Source of the DNA: Basidiobolus meristosporus CBS 931.73
Lineage: Eukaryota > Fungi > Basidiobolomycota
Length of the DNA: 64,000 nucleotides
NCBI GenBank assembly: GCA_002104905.1
Contig: MCFE01000044.1
Location: 124,001-188,000 of the forward strand
Direction: 5' to 3'
A program made the position numbers and the translations under genes. The notes below the pieces were generated by a model. It was not told the DNA's origin and did no database searches. It saw nothing but the letters and a program-made list of their open reading frames with translations. Positions 39,620 through 51,300 of the stretch are shown here, in pieces (position 1 is the first letter of the stretch; each line of letters begins with the position of its first letter).

Positions 39620-40270
39620 TTACACCTCTGGTAAAATCATGGTCACATATACACTTGACTGCTTTAGCTGGCGCTCCCACACCGTTTCCCCCGTTTCGCA
39701 GTTCAACCCAAATACCTTGTTCCCGGCACCCACATACACCAACTGTCTGGCAAGGTCGAACAGCAAAGTGGGCAACCCTCTTCCACCGCCAGAGAGACGA
39801 TTTTCCCAAACCAACTGGCCACTCTGCAGGTCCAGGCCGCGGACATTCCCGTGGGAGCCAACGAATACCATGGAGTTGAGAAACTGCCGACTATCTGCAG
39901 CGTTTGCAAATAAATCCCCGCTAGAGGAGTGGCCAGTGTGAGGCGAGTATGGGGGCAGGGTAGGTTTGCTGGTCAGTACAGCGATGGATAGATCTTCATA
40001 ACCCATCCCAAGGAGCTTGTCCTTCAATAACATTGTCCCATCGACGCAGCTGAGGGCGAACAGCTTTCCTTTCACCCCAGCATAGAGTACCTCACACTGC
40101 GCTACGTCGCAAAACAGCGAGATTAAACTATTCCTAGAGCTGATTCGAGTCTTCCAAACAACGGACCCGGTGTACCGCTCCAAGCCGTACACTCGGCCAC
40201 CAACCGCACATATTAGAAGGTTGCCTGGATGGTAAGGGGTGCTTCCCTGGCATTCAGCGATAAGTGTCAT
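39620..40270 (-). CDS. PQQ-like (BamB-type) beta-propeller repeat protein, intronless
   Basis: Repeats GRVYGLERYTGSVVWKT, GKLFALSCVDG, GNVRGLDLQSGQLVWEN and KVFGLNCETGETVWER. Confidence 0.7.
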   Translation of the reverse strand: MTLIAECQGSTPYHPGNLLICAVGGRVYGLERYTGSVVWKTRISSRNSLISLFCDVAQCEVLYAGVKGKLFALSCVDGTMLLKDKLLGMGYEDLSIAVLTSKPTLPPYSPHTGHSSSGDLFANAADSRQFLNSMVFVGSHGNVRGLDLQSGQLVWENRLSGGGRGLPTLLFDLARQLVYVGAGNKVFGLNCETGETVWERQLKQSSVYVTMILPEV

Positions 40271-40974
40271 GGTATTGACTGGTGGTGGAGTTGATTGACA
40301 TAAATGGGATGATGACCAAATACATGACTAATTCCGATGCGAGTTGACCCGGTCACATGACCGGCATTGGGTAAACTGCCTGGTGGACACCCCGACTACT
40401 GGAGAGCGGAGATTCTCAGATCAACACACTGACGAGAAACCGTCCTCCGTACGAGTCGCCCTTCGCTATCACACACGACAAGTCGAGTCCAACGAGTTTT
40501 TAATCAATTGATGGATGATGCTTGATTCAATCAATGTGTAGGGCTCAGTTGACTTTGGCGCGAGTGATTGATCTGTAAAGTCGAGCCAGGAGTGGCAAGC
40601 ATGTACCTTGGTAGTGGTGATGTGAGGTGGTGCCACAAACTACGAAATAAAAGCTTATTACATTGTTGCCTCGCGCAGCAGATGCCCCCGGGACTTCAGC
40701 ATGGATAGAGTGAGAAGTAGGAAAACGAATGGGAATCAGATACGCGAATTGGTTACTGATCAGCGAGCTGATGCGGCGGGGGAGGTGGTGTTTGAATTGG
40801 AGAGAGTGTATATATTATCTAAGACTATCTAGCCGTATGTTTAGGGTCGCCTTGGAGTTTGGAATTGAACTCTCTCGAAAACTCTTTAAATATCGGCCAA
40901 CGCTGTCTCCCAATCCCTTGCCGAGGGATTTTCTACGCCACGAAGATCTACTCCATTCACGGTTGCCTCCCAGA

Positions 40975-42221
40975 TGCAGCATCTACCCTATTTTAGTGAG
41001 CTAGAAACTGAAGCCTGCCCTCCTTCCACCCAGGTAGACAACCCCGTATTCAATCTATACCCCTCTGAACAAACGTCCAGCGAACCTGAGAGTCCTGAAT
41101 TCTTCCAGGGGGCCACCCTTCCCAACAGCACTCTATTGCTTGAAGATGAGACGCGTCGTGGTTAGTTTGCTCGTCCCTGACTCCCCTTGACATCACTGAG
41201 CTCACCATCTCCAGATTATTTAAGCGCCTTTCAACCCATCCAATTGTCCGGCCCAAGCTACTTCCTTGAAAAGGTATCACCCTATATACCCACCACCACC
41301 AACGATCTATACATGCCAAGGTCCCAGCCAAAGGCGTTGCAGCAGACGCCTGCCGATCTTGCCATGAGCTATGCCATGGGATCGGCCCTGCCCACCTCCA
41401 GCCCAGGGCCATCCCGAGATCCTTACATCTTCCTTAACAGCGAGGGGAATGCGACTTTTCCCGAGGGGAATTCTGGTGGGTGCGATGTTGTCCCACCATC
41501 GCGAAACAAAGCTAACCGCCGCCTCCATATAGACTATCATTATTATCATCCACGCCTTGTTCCCGAACTCGTATCCGACTTCAACTCAGGTAACAAATCA
41601 ATCGCCCTGCCTTAAAACACATCATACTCAGATTCCATGCCAGAGGTGCCACTAAGCCACACCGAGCCGATGTGGAATTTCGGTAGAGCATTGAAGGTTC
41701 AGCCGTATCAATCCAATTCATGCTTTTTTAATCTACCGCATAATCAAACCAACCACGACGACGATCGCCCACCGAAGAAGAAGGCCCGCACCGCCTCTGT
41801 GAAGAAGCCGGCGGACAATCGGGAATGCTCCAACTGCCACTGCACAAGCAGTCCGAGTTGGCGAAGATGTGAGGCTGGTCAGATGCTGCTTTGCAACGCG
41901 TGTGGTTTATAGTACGTCTCCATCCCACCCCCATTATCGGCCGTTGATCTCTGGTATTAATGTTCAGATTCCCACCATTTTCCTTACCTGTTTAGCCAGA
42001 AGCTTCACCATCGACCAAGGCCATGGTACGTATCAAGCAACGGTCAGATCAAGGTACTGAGGAGCACCACGAACCATCAAAATTGTGCGAACTGCGGTAC
42101 ACAGGACACCCCGCTGTGGAGGCGTGGGGAGGACGGACAGGTTTTGTGCAATGCTTGTGGGTTGTTTCTAAAGCAGCATAAAACCCAGCGTCAATTACAC
42201 AGCCAAGACGCTGTGTGCTGA
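40975..42221 (+). CDS. Two-finger GATA transcription factor; start approximate
   Basis: CSNC-x18-CNAC and CANC-x17-CNAC ([11 protein letters not shown]) joined across an intron; S/P-rich N-terminus. Confidence 0.85.
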
Positions 42222-42398
42222 ATCTCGGAATGTTTCGAGCGAGGTCAACTTCATGAACAGTCTATCTCTTAAAAATTATCAACCTTATCTTCCCACCAGC
42301 TTTTGAAAAAAATAACCCCCTTAACTTTATCTTCTTTATTTGCCTTTTTTTCAGTGTGAAATAAACCCTTTTGTAGTGTTTTCAAGTATATCTATGCT

Positions 42399-42930
42399 TC
42401 ATGGCTTCTCTACCACCACCGAAACCCCCGACTGGCTGGAGTAACCCTGGATTCTGGGCCCTAGTAGGGAGTCGGTTTCCTCTGAGGGACAGTTACTTCG
42501 GTCGTAATCGAAGGAACTAATAGAGGAGTCGAAGAAAGAGTCAGTGCTAGAGCTCATCGTCACAGAAGCGGCGTCTGATACTTCATACTGCTGCATGGAA
42601 TTCCCCTTGTGCATGGAGTAGGAGGCGCAGTTCGGGTCTTCCTGTGGGTTAGAAGGGAAATACGCTTTGTACTGGCAGAGAGAAAAGAAAAGATCAATGA
42701 ACTCTAAGTAAAGAAACGTTTGAAATGGACCTCACTATTACTAGAAGCACTCCAATAGCCGCAGCGAAAAGAACGAGTAGCTCGACACGGCCCAAGTAGT
42801 AGGTAGAAACGAGCAGACTGCCCATTAGAAGGATCCCGCCAGAGAGAGTTTTCAGGAGATTTATTGGTTTGGTGTTTTGGCAACGCCTCATCATTAAATA
42901 CCTCTGGCTGCCTGTTCCATTGTTTAGCAT
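42399..42930 (-). CDS. Small hypothetical two-TM membrane protein
   Basis: Hydrophobic GGILLMGSLLVSTYYL and LLVLFAAAIGVLLVI, then an intron and a Ser-rich tail ending EKP*. Confidence 0.5.
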
Positions 42931-43141
42931 GATCCTAGGGGAAATTGATGTGCCACCGCTATGAAGGTGTAAGCACTCGGCCAATAAGTTGTCGAAAAAG
43001 AACCATGCATTGATGTGAGCCCACGGCAGCCTCCAAGTGTCCGTTTGATTGGCTTAGACTATTTACGAGAAGAAGCATCAATATCCTCAGGGATGGTAAC
43101 ACAAGGGGATTTTATTCTCGGGTTAGAATGGTAGCCCTCAG

Positions 43142-44514
43142 CTATGAACTATATCGAGTTCTATCGTACTGTTCTGGGGTGGGGAATACCGGAACATTGT
43201 AAGGCTCACGCTCATCCATATACCTTTCAGGCATCGGCATTCCCATAGTGTCATTAGAATGGTTGTTCGCAGTTGGAAAGGCTGGGAACGGTGTTGGGAA
43301 CTCCACGTATGGATCTGGCATCGACATGTTCATGTGGTTAGTTGAAAGCCCGTGGTCCAGCGCAGGGAATGGAGGTGCTTGCAATCCATTCCAACCTAGG
43401 ACCTAATATTTGAATTAAGAAACCGATCAAGTGAAGATCCAATGTTTCAGGTGCTTACTGGAGGTCCAGAATGTTGTGCTTCGGTTGAGGGTGCATGCTC
43501 CTTCCTTTGGGTCGGATTGTGGCCAAGCGGAAGAGTTGGGGAATCATTTGATTGATTGATTGGAGGCAATGGCTTTTCTGCGAATGAAGGGAAACTCTGG
43601 GTAGAGGAAAGTGGCGGAGGTTGCGTGGGCTTTTCATTGTACGACTGATGTATAGGCTGCTTCCAGTTATCGGAATTGGAAGGTGAAGGCCCAGATGATT
43701 TCGTTGGAATAGCCCCAATCCCTTGAGAACCAGGCTTACCAGAGATATCTGCATTCAAGCTTAATGACGAGGTATTGGATACCAAGTTTTGCAACGCATC
43801 CTGCGAAGGGGTGGTGAGAGCTGGGTTGTTTGATGGCTGGCTTAGTGGCTTAGTGGTAGAGGCCGGACCGGGTTTCATTGTTGCGCTGTGATTGGCTGCA
43901 ATGGGATTAGTATGGGTTGGCTTCGCTGCAGCCGCTTGTGGTCTTACAGCCAGATTAACCGGTACTGGAGTAGAAGCTACAGGCTTCTTTCCGTCATCAG
44001 TAGGTTTGCGTGAGCCATCCTAGAAAAGAAAAGATTTCAATGGGAGAGCTTCAACAGAAGCGTAGGATAAAAACTCACTGATGGGTAGTACGTGAATTCC
44101 AGATAAATCTCACCCGCTGCAGTACCCTTATTAGTTATGGGAAACCAGGCTTCCAAAGGATTAGCGAAATTCTACTTGAAGAAATAAGGTGGAGCGGTGA
44201 GAATTACCGTCATAGGTGTACTGGGCGAGGATTTTCTTAAGTTCCAATACACACTCTCCGATAAACGCATGAGTTCTTAGGTTTTCATCATAGCACTGAA
44301 TTCCCAATCTGTCGCGCCCTTCCACAATATTGAAGGTGACAACTTCGTTCCAGGTGGGTTTTTGGCCACCGTTATCGTCGGCCCGTATGCGCTGGGCATT
44401 AGCATTGTATTCGAACTGCAAGAAAGGATCTTGCTTTCCGACCTTTTGAACCACCATCAGGTCACGACCGCCGCAGCATTTTACCTCCAATATTCCCTGT
44501 ACCTTTGTAGTCAT
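43142..44514 (-). CDS. C2-domain protein with Pro/Ser-rich tail (Fic1/Inn1-like architecture)
   Basis: GILEVKC..GRDL..GKQDPF..GGQKPTWNEVVTF..L.IQCYDEN..FIGE; spliced WFPITNKG..AGEIYLEFTYYP; low-complexity tail. Confidence 0.75.
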
Positions 44515-44894
44515 GAAAGCAGAAATGAAGTAACTGTGTTCAAGTTGCGAGAGTCAAATCGTCTCGTATAAATACCCCCCTTGGATGCAGGTCTATACCC
44601 CTTCTATCCATGGCCATTATCCTGAGACATGTGACGAAAATAGCCTGTGTGACATTGGCTATCTCTGCCACACTGTACCTTTGTGAACCCTTGATCATGT
44701 CTTGAAATATAAACACCAGACAGCCAGTACAGTTTGCCTATTGAGCATAACATAAACACTGGTGGACATTGAGCACCTTGCAAGTCACAATTTATGAAAC
44801 CCAGTTTGGGTAACACCACCACATCACGACAACATGATTATAATTATTGACTGAGCTTACAACGTGTGGGCGAATCTTCCTTCGATGCAATCAT

Positions 44895-47800
44895 TTAGGA
44901 GGAAATAGCGAGTGATTTGTGAGGGAGAGTAAGGGCTTCTTGAAGAATCTGCTTCTGTTCGTCCAAATGCCTCACATAAATCCCATTGGCCGGGGCAGCA
45001 CACGCAGCCCGGCCAACATACTTGAGCTTGCAATGGTCCGGGAGAATCTGATTAAACCTCGGCTCCATGAAAGACCATGCACCGCCATTCTGAGTCTCCT
45101 CTTGGCACCAAACGAAGTCCGACACCCCAGAGTATTTCGCAATCTCCGCCTCCAAGTCGTCCTTGGGAAACGGGGTGAGCTCCTCCACTCTTACCAGGGC
45201 AATTTGATCGACCAGTGCCCTCTTGGTCTTTTCTTCTAACAATTCATAATACAATTTCCCCGAGACAAATATCACTCTACGCACCAACAGTCTATTCGCA
45301 TGGATATCCGGAAGTACCGGCTGGAAGGAGGTCCCGGGTATGAAATCACTCATCTCTGACACTGCTAGTGGAATGCGAGTTAAGCGCTTAGGTCCGATGA
45401 CGATAAGGGGCTTGCGGAAATTGCGTTTCATTTGACGACGCAGAACGTGGAAATATTGAGCAGGTGTAGAGCAGTTGACCACATGCCAGTTTACGTTGTT
45501 GCTAATGCTCGGGTTGGTGAGGTCGAAACGGTCACTAGAGAGCTGCAGGAAGCGTTCGATGCGGCTTGACGTATGCTCGGAACCCGCACCCTCGTACCCA
45601 TGGGGAAGAATCAGTACTAAGCCAGACTGACGTAGCCATTTCTCTTCTCCTCCCGATAGGCAACTGTCGATTACTTCCTGAGCCGAATTACAAAAATCCC
45701 CGATCTGGGCCTCCCATATGTTCAGTCTGTCTGGAGTTTCCAGGGACATCCCGTACTCATAACTCAGCACTGCCAGCTCCCCAAGTGGGCTATCCACTAG
45801 TTCGAGTTTCCGTCTATTTCCTGCAAGTGCATTCAGAGGAGTGTACTTGATATTAGTCTGCTGACAGTTGATCATTGCATGCCTTGCAATAAACACTCCT
45901 CGGGCCACATCCTGCCCGCAGAGTCTCGCATTGTATCCTTCAAGAAGGAGAGACCCTATGGCCATTGCCTCTGCAGTAGCGTATCCTATATTCTTTCCAC
46001 TTGACATTTGCTCCAAGCGGGGTTCGATGTTGAGCTTTCTCATTTTTTCATTGACCTGGATCTCTTCAGTAACTGTTACTGATTGGATCCCGATTTCACG
46101 CAGAAGATTCTCTTCCACGCCGGTATTCATCTTGCTAACAGTTTCCAGCGGAATAACCATCGACCTCCATTTTCCCTGCATGCAAGATAGCTGGCCTTGA
46201 GAATATGGGGCTCTGCGATAGCATCTCATGATGTGTGCGTCATGCTTCGCCTTCATATCTGCAACAATCGAGGCGGAAGCGATTACCTTTTCTGCAGCGA
46301 GCTGTGAAGCGTACAAGTTGATTACGCTCTTGTGCATCTCGATCTCTTTGTACATCAAAGGTTGGGCACAGAATGGATCCTCAGCCTCGTGGTGTCCATG
46401 GCGACGATAAGTCACCATGTCAATGATGATGTCCTTCCCAAAGGTCTTGCGGTAGTTGACTGCAATTCTACCTGCGATGGCTGCCAACTCCGGATAGTCA
46501 CCGTTCACATGAATGACTGGGGTGTCGACCATTTTGCCTATATCCGACGAATACATCGTAGAGCGGCCGTTGGTGGCATCGGTAGTCACGCTAACCTGAT
46601 TGTTGAGTATAATATGAATACTACCACCAGTGGTAAAGTGTGGAAGGTTGGACAGACCAAATGTTTCAGCGACCACTCCTTGCCCGGTGAAGCCTCCGTC
46701 GCCATGGATCTGAACACTCATCACCATATCCTCAGCATCTTTTCCATAGTCAGCCTGTTTAGCCCTTACTTTGCCAAGAGCAATAGGGTTCACAAGCTCC
46801 AAGTGGCACGGATTAGGAACCACGGATATGTGTAGTGGACAAGCGCCACCGAGGTTTAAATCCACCGAGGCGTCGGAATTGTACACCAGATCCCCAATCA
46901 AGTGATCAGATGCACCCTCTGGAAACTCCGAGAGCCCTTGGAATTTACGGAACAAGACTTCTCTAGGGACGCCAAGGAGCTCCATCATGACCTGCATACG
47001 ACAGCGATGTGTTAGACACATCACCACCTCGACTACTCCCGATCTACTAGCTTGCTCAAGGACCTGCTGAAGAGCCACCAATGCTCCTTCAGAACCTTCC
47101 AGGCTGAACTGCTTTTGGTGGCCACATTCGCGCTTCATGAAATGATCGAAAGTCTCTGACCTGGCCATCAGCTCCAAAAACCGAATCTTCTCGTCTCTAG
47201 AAAATTCGGTGGCGATGCAGGTTTCCGCTTGACGAGCAAACCATCTCCGAAGATCATTGTCCTATCATTTGTGATCAGCCCGGGTTCTGGTAACTCCGCA
47301 TCCGACAGGAAGGACCTACCGCAATATGCATGAACTCGAACGATATGGGGCCGCAATAAACTTCATCCAAGTGACGAATGATATTCGCGAGAGTTGTGTA
47401 CCTCTTTCCCTGGATATCCAAGATTCCTGAAGATCCGATCAATACCACGATCGGCAGCATCATAAAGTGGGCCTTACCCTCCAGTTGGTATTCAGCATTT
47501 GGATCGTCCAAACCATACAGCTCGGGCTCTAATGATGGGTCGCGTCTAGATGAACATACAGTCAGTTGCTACGTTTTCGTGGTGTTTCCCTGAGATCAAG
47601 CTTACCCTCGGTGCCACATATTCAAGGGGTCCAGCGACGCGCATTTATGACCAAAAGTGCGATATGCCTCTACGAGGCGAACAAGATTGCAATTTGTAAC
47701 TCGATTGGCCTTCTCAGAGGCAGTGTCTGATGCAAATTCATTAGTATTTGACAAATTGTCAGATCTATTCCAGGCTTACATTCTAGGTTGGGGGCCTTTT

Positions 47801-47933
47801 TGATGGCTCGAGCTCCGTAAAAGGTAGATCTATTCGGAATTGGTATGGGCATAGCGGTGGGCATTTCAACGTGCTTAATTTGGGTGACTATCACACTTAT
47901 ATCCAATCGCCGCTTGAAACTCTTATTTCCCAT
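44895..47933 (-). CDS. 2-oxoglutarate/2-oxoadipate dehydrogenase E1 (DHTKD1-like), divergent; start approximate
   Basis: LVRLVEAYRTFGH..LDPL; VYCGPISFEFMH; KQFSLEG.E; HGDGGFTGQGVVAET..NNQ ThDP motif; WEAQIGDF; WLRQSGLVLILPHGYEGAG.EH. Confidence 0.88.
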
Positions 47934-48165
47934 GTTGATGCCATTTCAATATCCGTACTCATGCATCGATCGACCACGTTTGAGGTTTATCTACATCGTG
48001 GCGGGTGATTTGTCTGTGTTGGGGGAGGTTTATCAAAGTTTTCATATTCACCTTGCTAGTCCAAACAAGCTCTATCTCAATTCCGCTATACAGCGTCTTT
48101 ATTTAAATAATTGTATTTCTAATGATAATTCAAAATGGTGTTTCCATTGATTCTAATCCAAATTC

Positions 48166-48315
48166 CTATGCCCAATCACATACGATTGATCCCTCAAATG
48201 CCCTACAGACTGTACCAGCAGCGCAATGGTTTTGGATGAGCTTACCATTGGAGCACACTGTAAACTCCGGAGAAATATCCGAGTTGGCACAGGCGTAGGT
48301 TCCGTCTATACATTT
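48166..48315 (-). other. C-terminal CBM19-like (putative chitin-binding) module
   Basis: CIDGTYAC-x11-CSNG-x6-CAAGTVC-x8-CDWA; six Cys with the C.NG..C..GT.C pattern. Confidence 0.7.
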
Positions 48316-51300
48316 AGAATCACCAGGTTTGGGTGAGGCGCCACCAGTACCAGCGGTAACAGTTGCAGTTACTGTAGCGGTGGTGACAAAGTTCTTAACG
48401 ATAGTGGCTGTAGCGGGCTTACAATCATTAGTTTGAGTAACTGTATGGACAGAGGTTACAGTAACCGAATGTATAACACTAGGCTGCAATGTAGCAGTTA
48501 CTGTAACGGTGCTGACTTGAATATTAGTGGGTTGACTTTCAGGTCGGCTTGGCTCATTTGAATGAGAGGGTTTGTGGATTTCCGATTCACGCGAAATGGG
48601 GGTTTCCCAGACTCCACTTGGTTATGATGCTTATCATTCGATTGCGAGTGGCTTACATCTGTGGCTCTAGATTGAATACCACTAGCAATATTGCCAGACA
48701 TCGTAGGTGTCACCTTGGACTCGATTGAACCATGATTAGAAGTAGGTTGAAGACTGTCAGATCCAGTGGCATGATGCTCCTGAGAGTTGTGACCCTCCGA
48801 CTTGGCAGGAACAGTAGGCTTCTGGGAGTTGTGACCCTCCGACTTGGCAGGCTCAGTAGGCTTCTGTGAGTTGTGACCCTCCGACTTGGCAGGCTCAGTA
48901 GGCTTCTGTGAGTTGTGACCCTCCGACTTGGCAGGCTCAGTAGGCTTCTGTGAGTTGTGACCCTCCGACTTGGCAGGCTCAGTAGGCTTCTGTGAGTTGT
49001 GACCCTCCGACTTGGCAGGCTCAGTAGGCTTCTGGGAGCTGTGACCCTCCGACTTGGCAGGAACAGTAGGCTTCTGGGAGTTGTGACCCTCCGAATTGGC
49101 AGGCTCAGTAGGCTTCTGGGAGTTGTGACCCTCCGACTTGGCAGAGTCAGTAGGCTTCTGGGAGTTGTGACCCTCCGACTTGGCAGAGTCAGTAGGCTTC
49201 TGGGAGTTGTGACCCTCCGAATTGGCAGGCTCAGTAGGCTTCTGGGAGTTGTGACCCTCCGACTTGGCAGAGCCAGTAGACTTCGAAGACAAAGTAGAGG
49301 TAGCAATGGGACTTCCACTGTTGTTATCCACAACAACCTTGGTTACATACTTAGTCTCGGTTCTAGTGGTGTAGCGAGTAGATTCCACAGGGGGGTGAGT
49401 CTTCACAGTGTGCTGACTACCAGAGTGGGTCTCGACCGAAGGCTTAGGAGTGACGGTTTCTACAACAGTACCAGTGACGACGGTAGTAATGGTATCAGTG
49501 GTGTAACTGTCGCTGTGGCCATGGGGAACTACAGATTGAGAACCAGTAGATCCAGTGGCGTGATGATCCTTAGAGTTGTGTCCCTCAGACTTGGCAGACT
49601 CGGTAGGCTTCGACGACAAGATCGAGGTAGCAATGGGACTTCCGCTGTTGTTGTCCACAACAACCTTGGTTACATACTGGGTCTCAGTTCTAGTGCTGTA
49701 GTGAGTGGACTCCACAGGAGCGTGAGTCTTCACGGTGTGATGACTGCCAGAATGAGTTTCAACCGAAGGCTTGGGAGTAATGGTTTCAACAACAGTGTCG
49801 GTCACGACAGTGGTGATCGTGTCAGTGGTGTAACTACCGCTATGGCCATGGGGAACTACAGATTGAGATCCTGCAGATCCAGTGGCGTGGCGCTCCTTAG
49901 AGTTGTGTCCCTCAGGCTTGGCAGACTCGGTAGGCTTCGACGACAAGATGGAGGTGGCAATGGGGCTTCCGCTGTTGTTATCCACAACTACCTTGGTAAC
50001 ATACTGGGTCTCGGTTCTAGTGCTGTAGTGAGTGGACTCCACAGGAGCATGAGTCTTCACGGTGTGATGACTGCCAGAATGAGTTTCAACCGAAGGCTTG
50101 GGAGTAATGGTTTCAACAACAGTATCGGTCACCACAGTGGTGATCGTGTCAGTGGTGTAACTATCGCTATGGCCATGGGGAACTACAGATTGCGATCCTG
50201 CAGATCCAGTGGTGTGGCGTTCCTTAGAGTTGTGTCCCTCAGGCTTGGCAGACTCGGTAGGCTTCGACGACAAGATGGAGGTAGCAATGGGACTTCCGCT
50301 GTTGTTGTCCACAACTACCTTGGTTACATACTGGGTCTCAGTTCTAGTGCTGTAGTGAGTGGACTCCACAGGAGCATGAGTCTTCACGGTGTGATGACTG
50401 CCAGAATGAGTTTCAACCGAAGGCTTGGGAGTAATGGTTTCAACAACAGTGTCGGTAACGACAGTGGTGATCGTGTCAGTGGTGTAACTACCGCTATGGC
50501 CATGGGGAACTACAGATTGAGATCCTGCAGATCCAGTGGCGTGGTGATCCTTAGAGTTGTGTCCCTCAGACTTGGCAGACTCGGTAGGCTTCGACGACAA
50601 GATGGAGGTGGCAATGGGGCTTCCGCTGTTGTTGTCCACAACAACCTTAGTAACATACTGGGTCTCAGTTCTAGTGCTGTAGTGAGTGGACTCCACAGGA
50701 GCATGAGTCTTCACGGTGTGATGACTGCCAGAATGAGTTTCAACCGAAGGCTTGGGAGTAATGGTTTCAACAACAGTATCGGTCACCACAGTGGTGATCG
50801 TGTCAGTGGTGTAACTATCGCTGTGGCCATGGGGAACTACAGATTGAGAACCAGTAGATCCAGTGGCGTGATGATCCTTAGAGTTGTGTCCCTCAGACTT
50901 GGCAGACTCGGTAGGCTTCGACGACAAGATCGAGGTAGCAATGGGACTTCCGCTGTTGTTGTCCACAACAACCTTGGTTACATACTGGGTCTCAGTTCTA
51001 GTGCTGTAGTGAGTGGACTCCACAGGAGCATGAGTCTTCACGGTGTGATGACTGCCAGAATGAGTTTCAACCGAAGGCTTGGGAGTAATGGTTTCAACAA
51101 CAGTGTCGGTCACGACAGTGGTGATCGTATCAGTGGTGTAACTGCCGCTATGGCCATGGGGAACTACAGATTGTGATCCTGCAGATCCAGTGGCGTGGCG
51201 TTCCTTAGAGTTGTGTCCCTCAGACTTGGCAGACTGGGTAGGCTTCGACGACAAGATGGAGGTGGCAATGGGGCTTCCGCTGTTGTTGTCCACAACAACC

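Noticed and set aside
48598-48608. GGGAAAC as a canonical -1 ribosomal frameshift heptamer
   Set aside because: It is read as GGG AAA C, not G GGA AAC, so the register is wrong for the classical mechanism. A homopolymer indel is more parsimonious.
48616-48655. GTAAGC..CCAAG 40-nt candidate intron to repair the frameshift
   Set aside because: Splicing it leads to a frame with an early TGA, not the frame encoding the C-terminal module.
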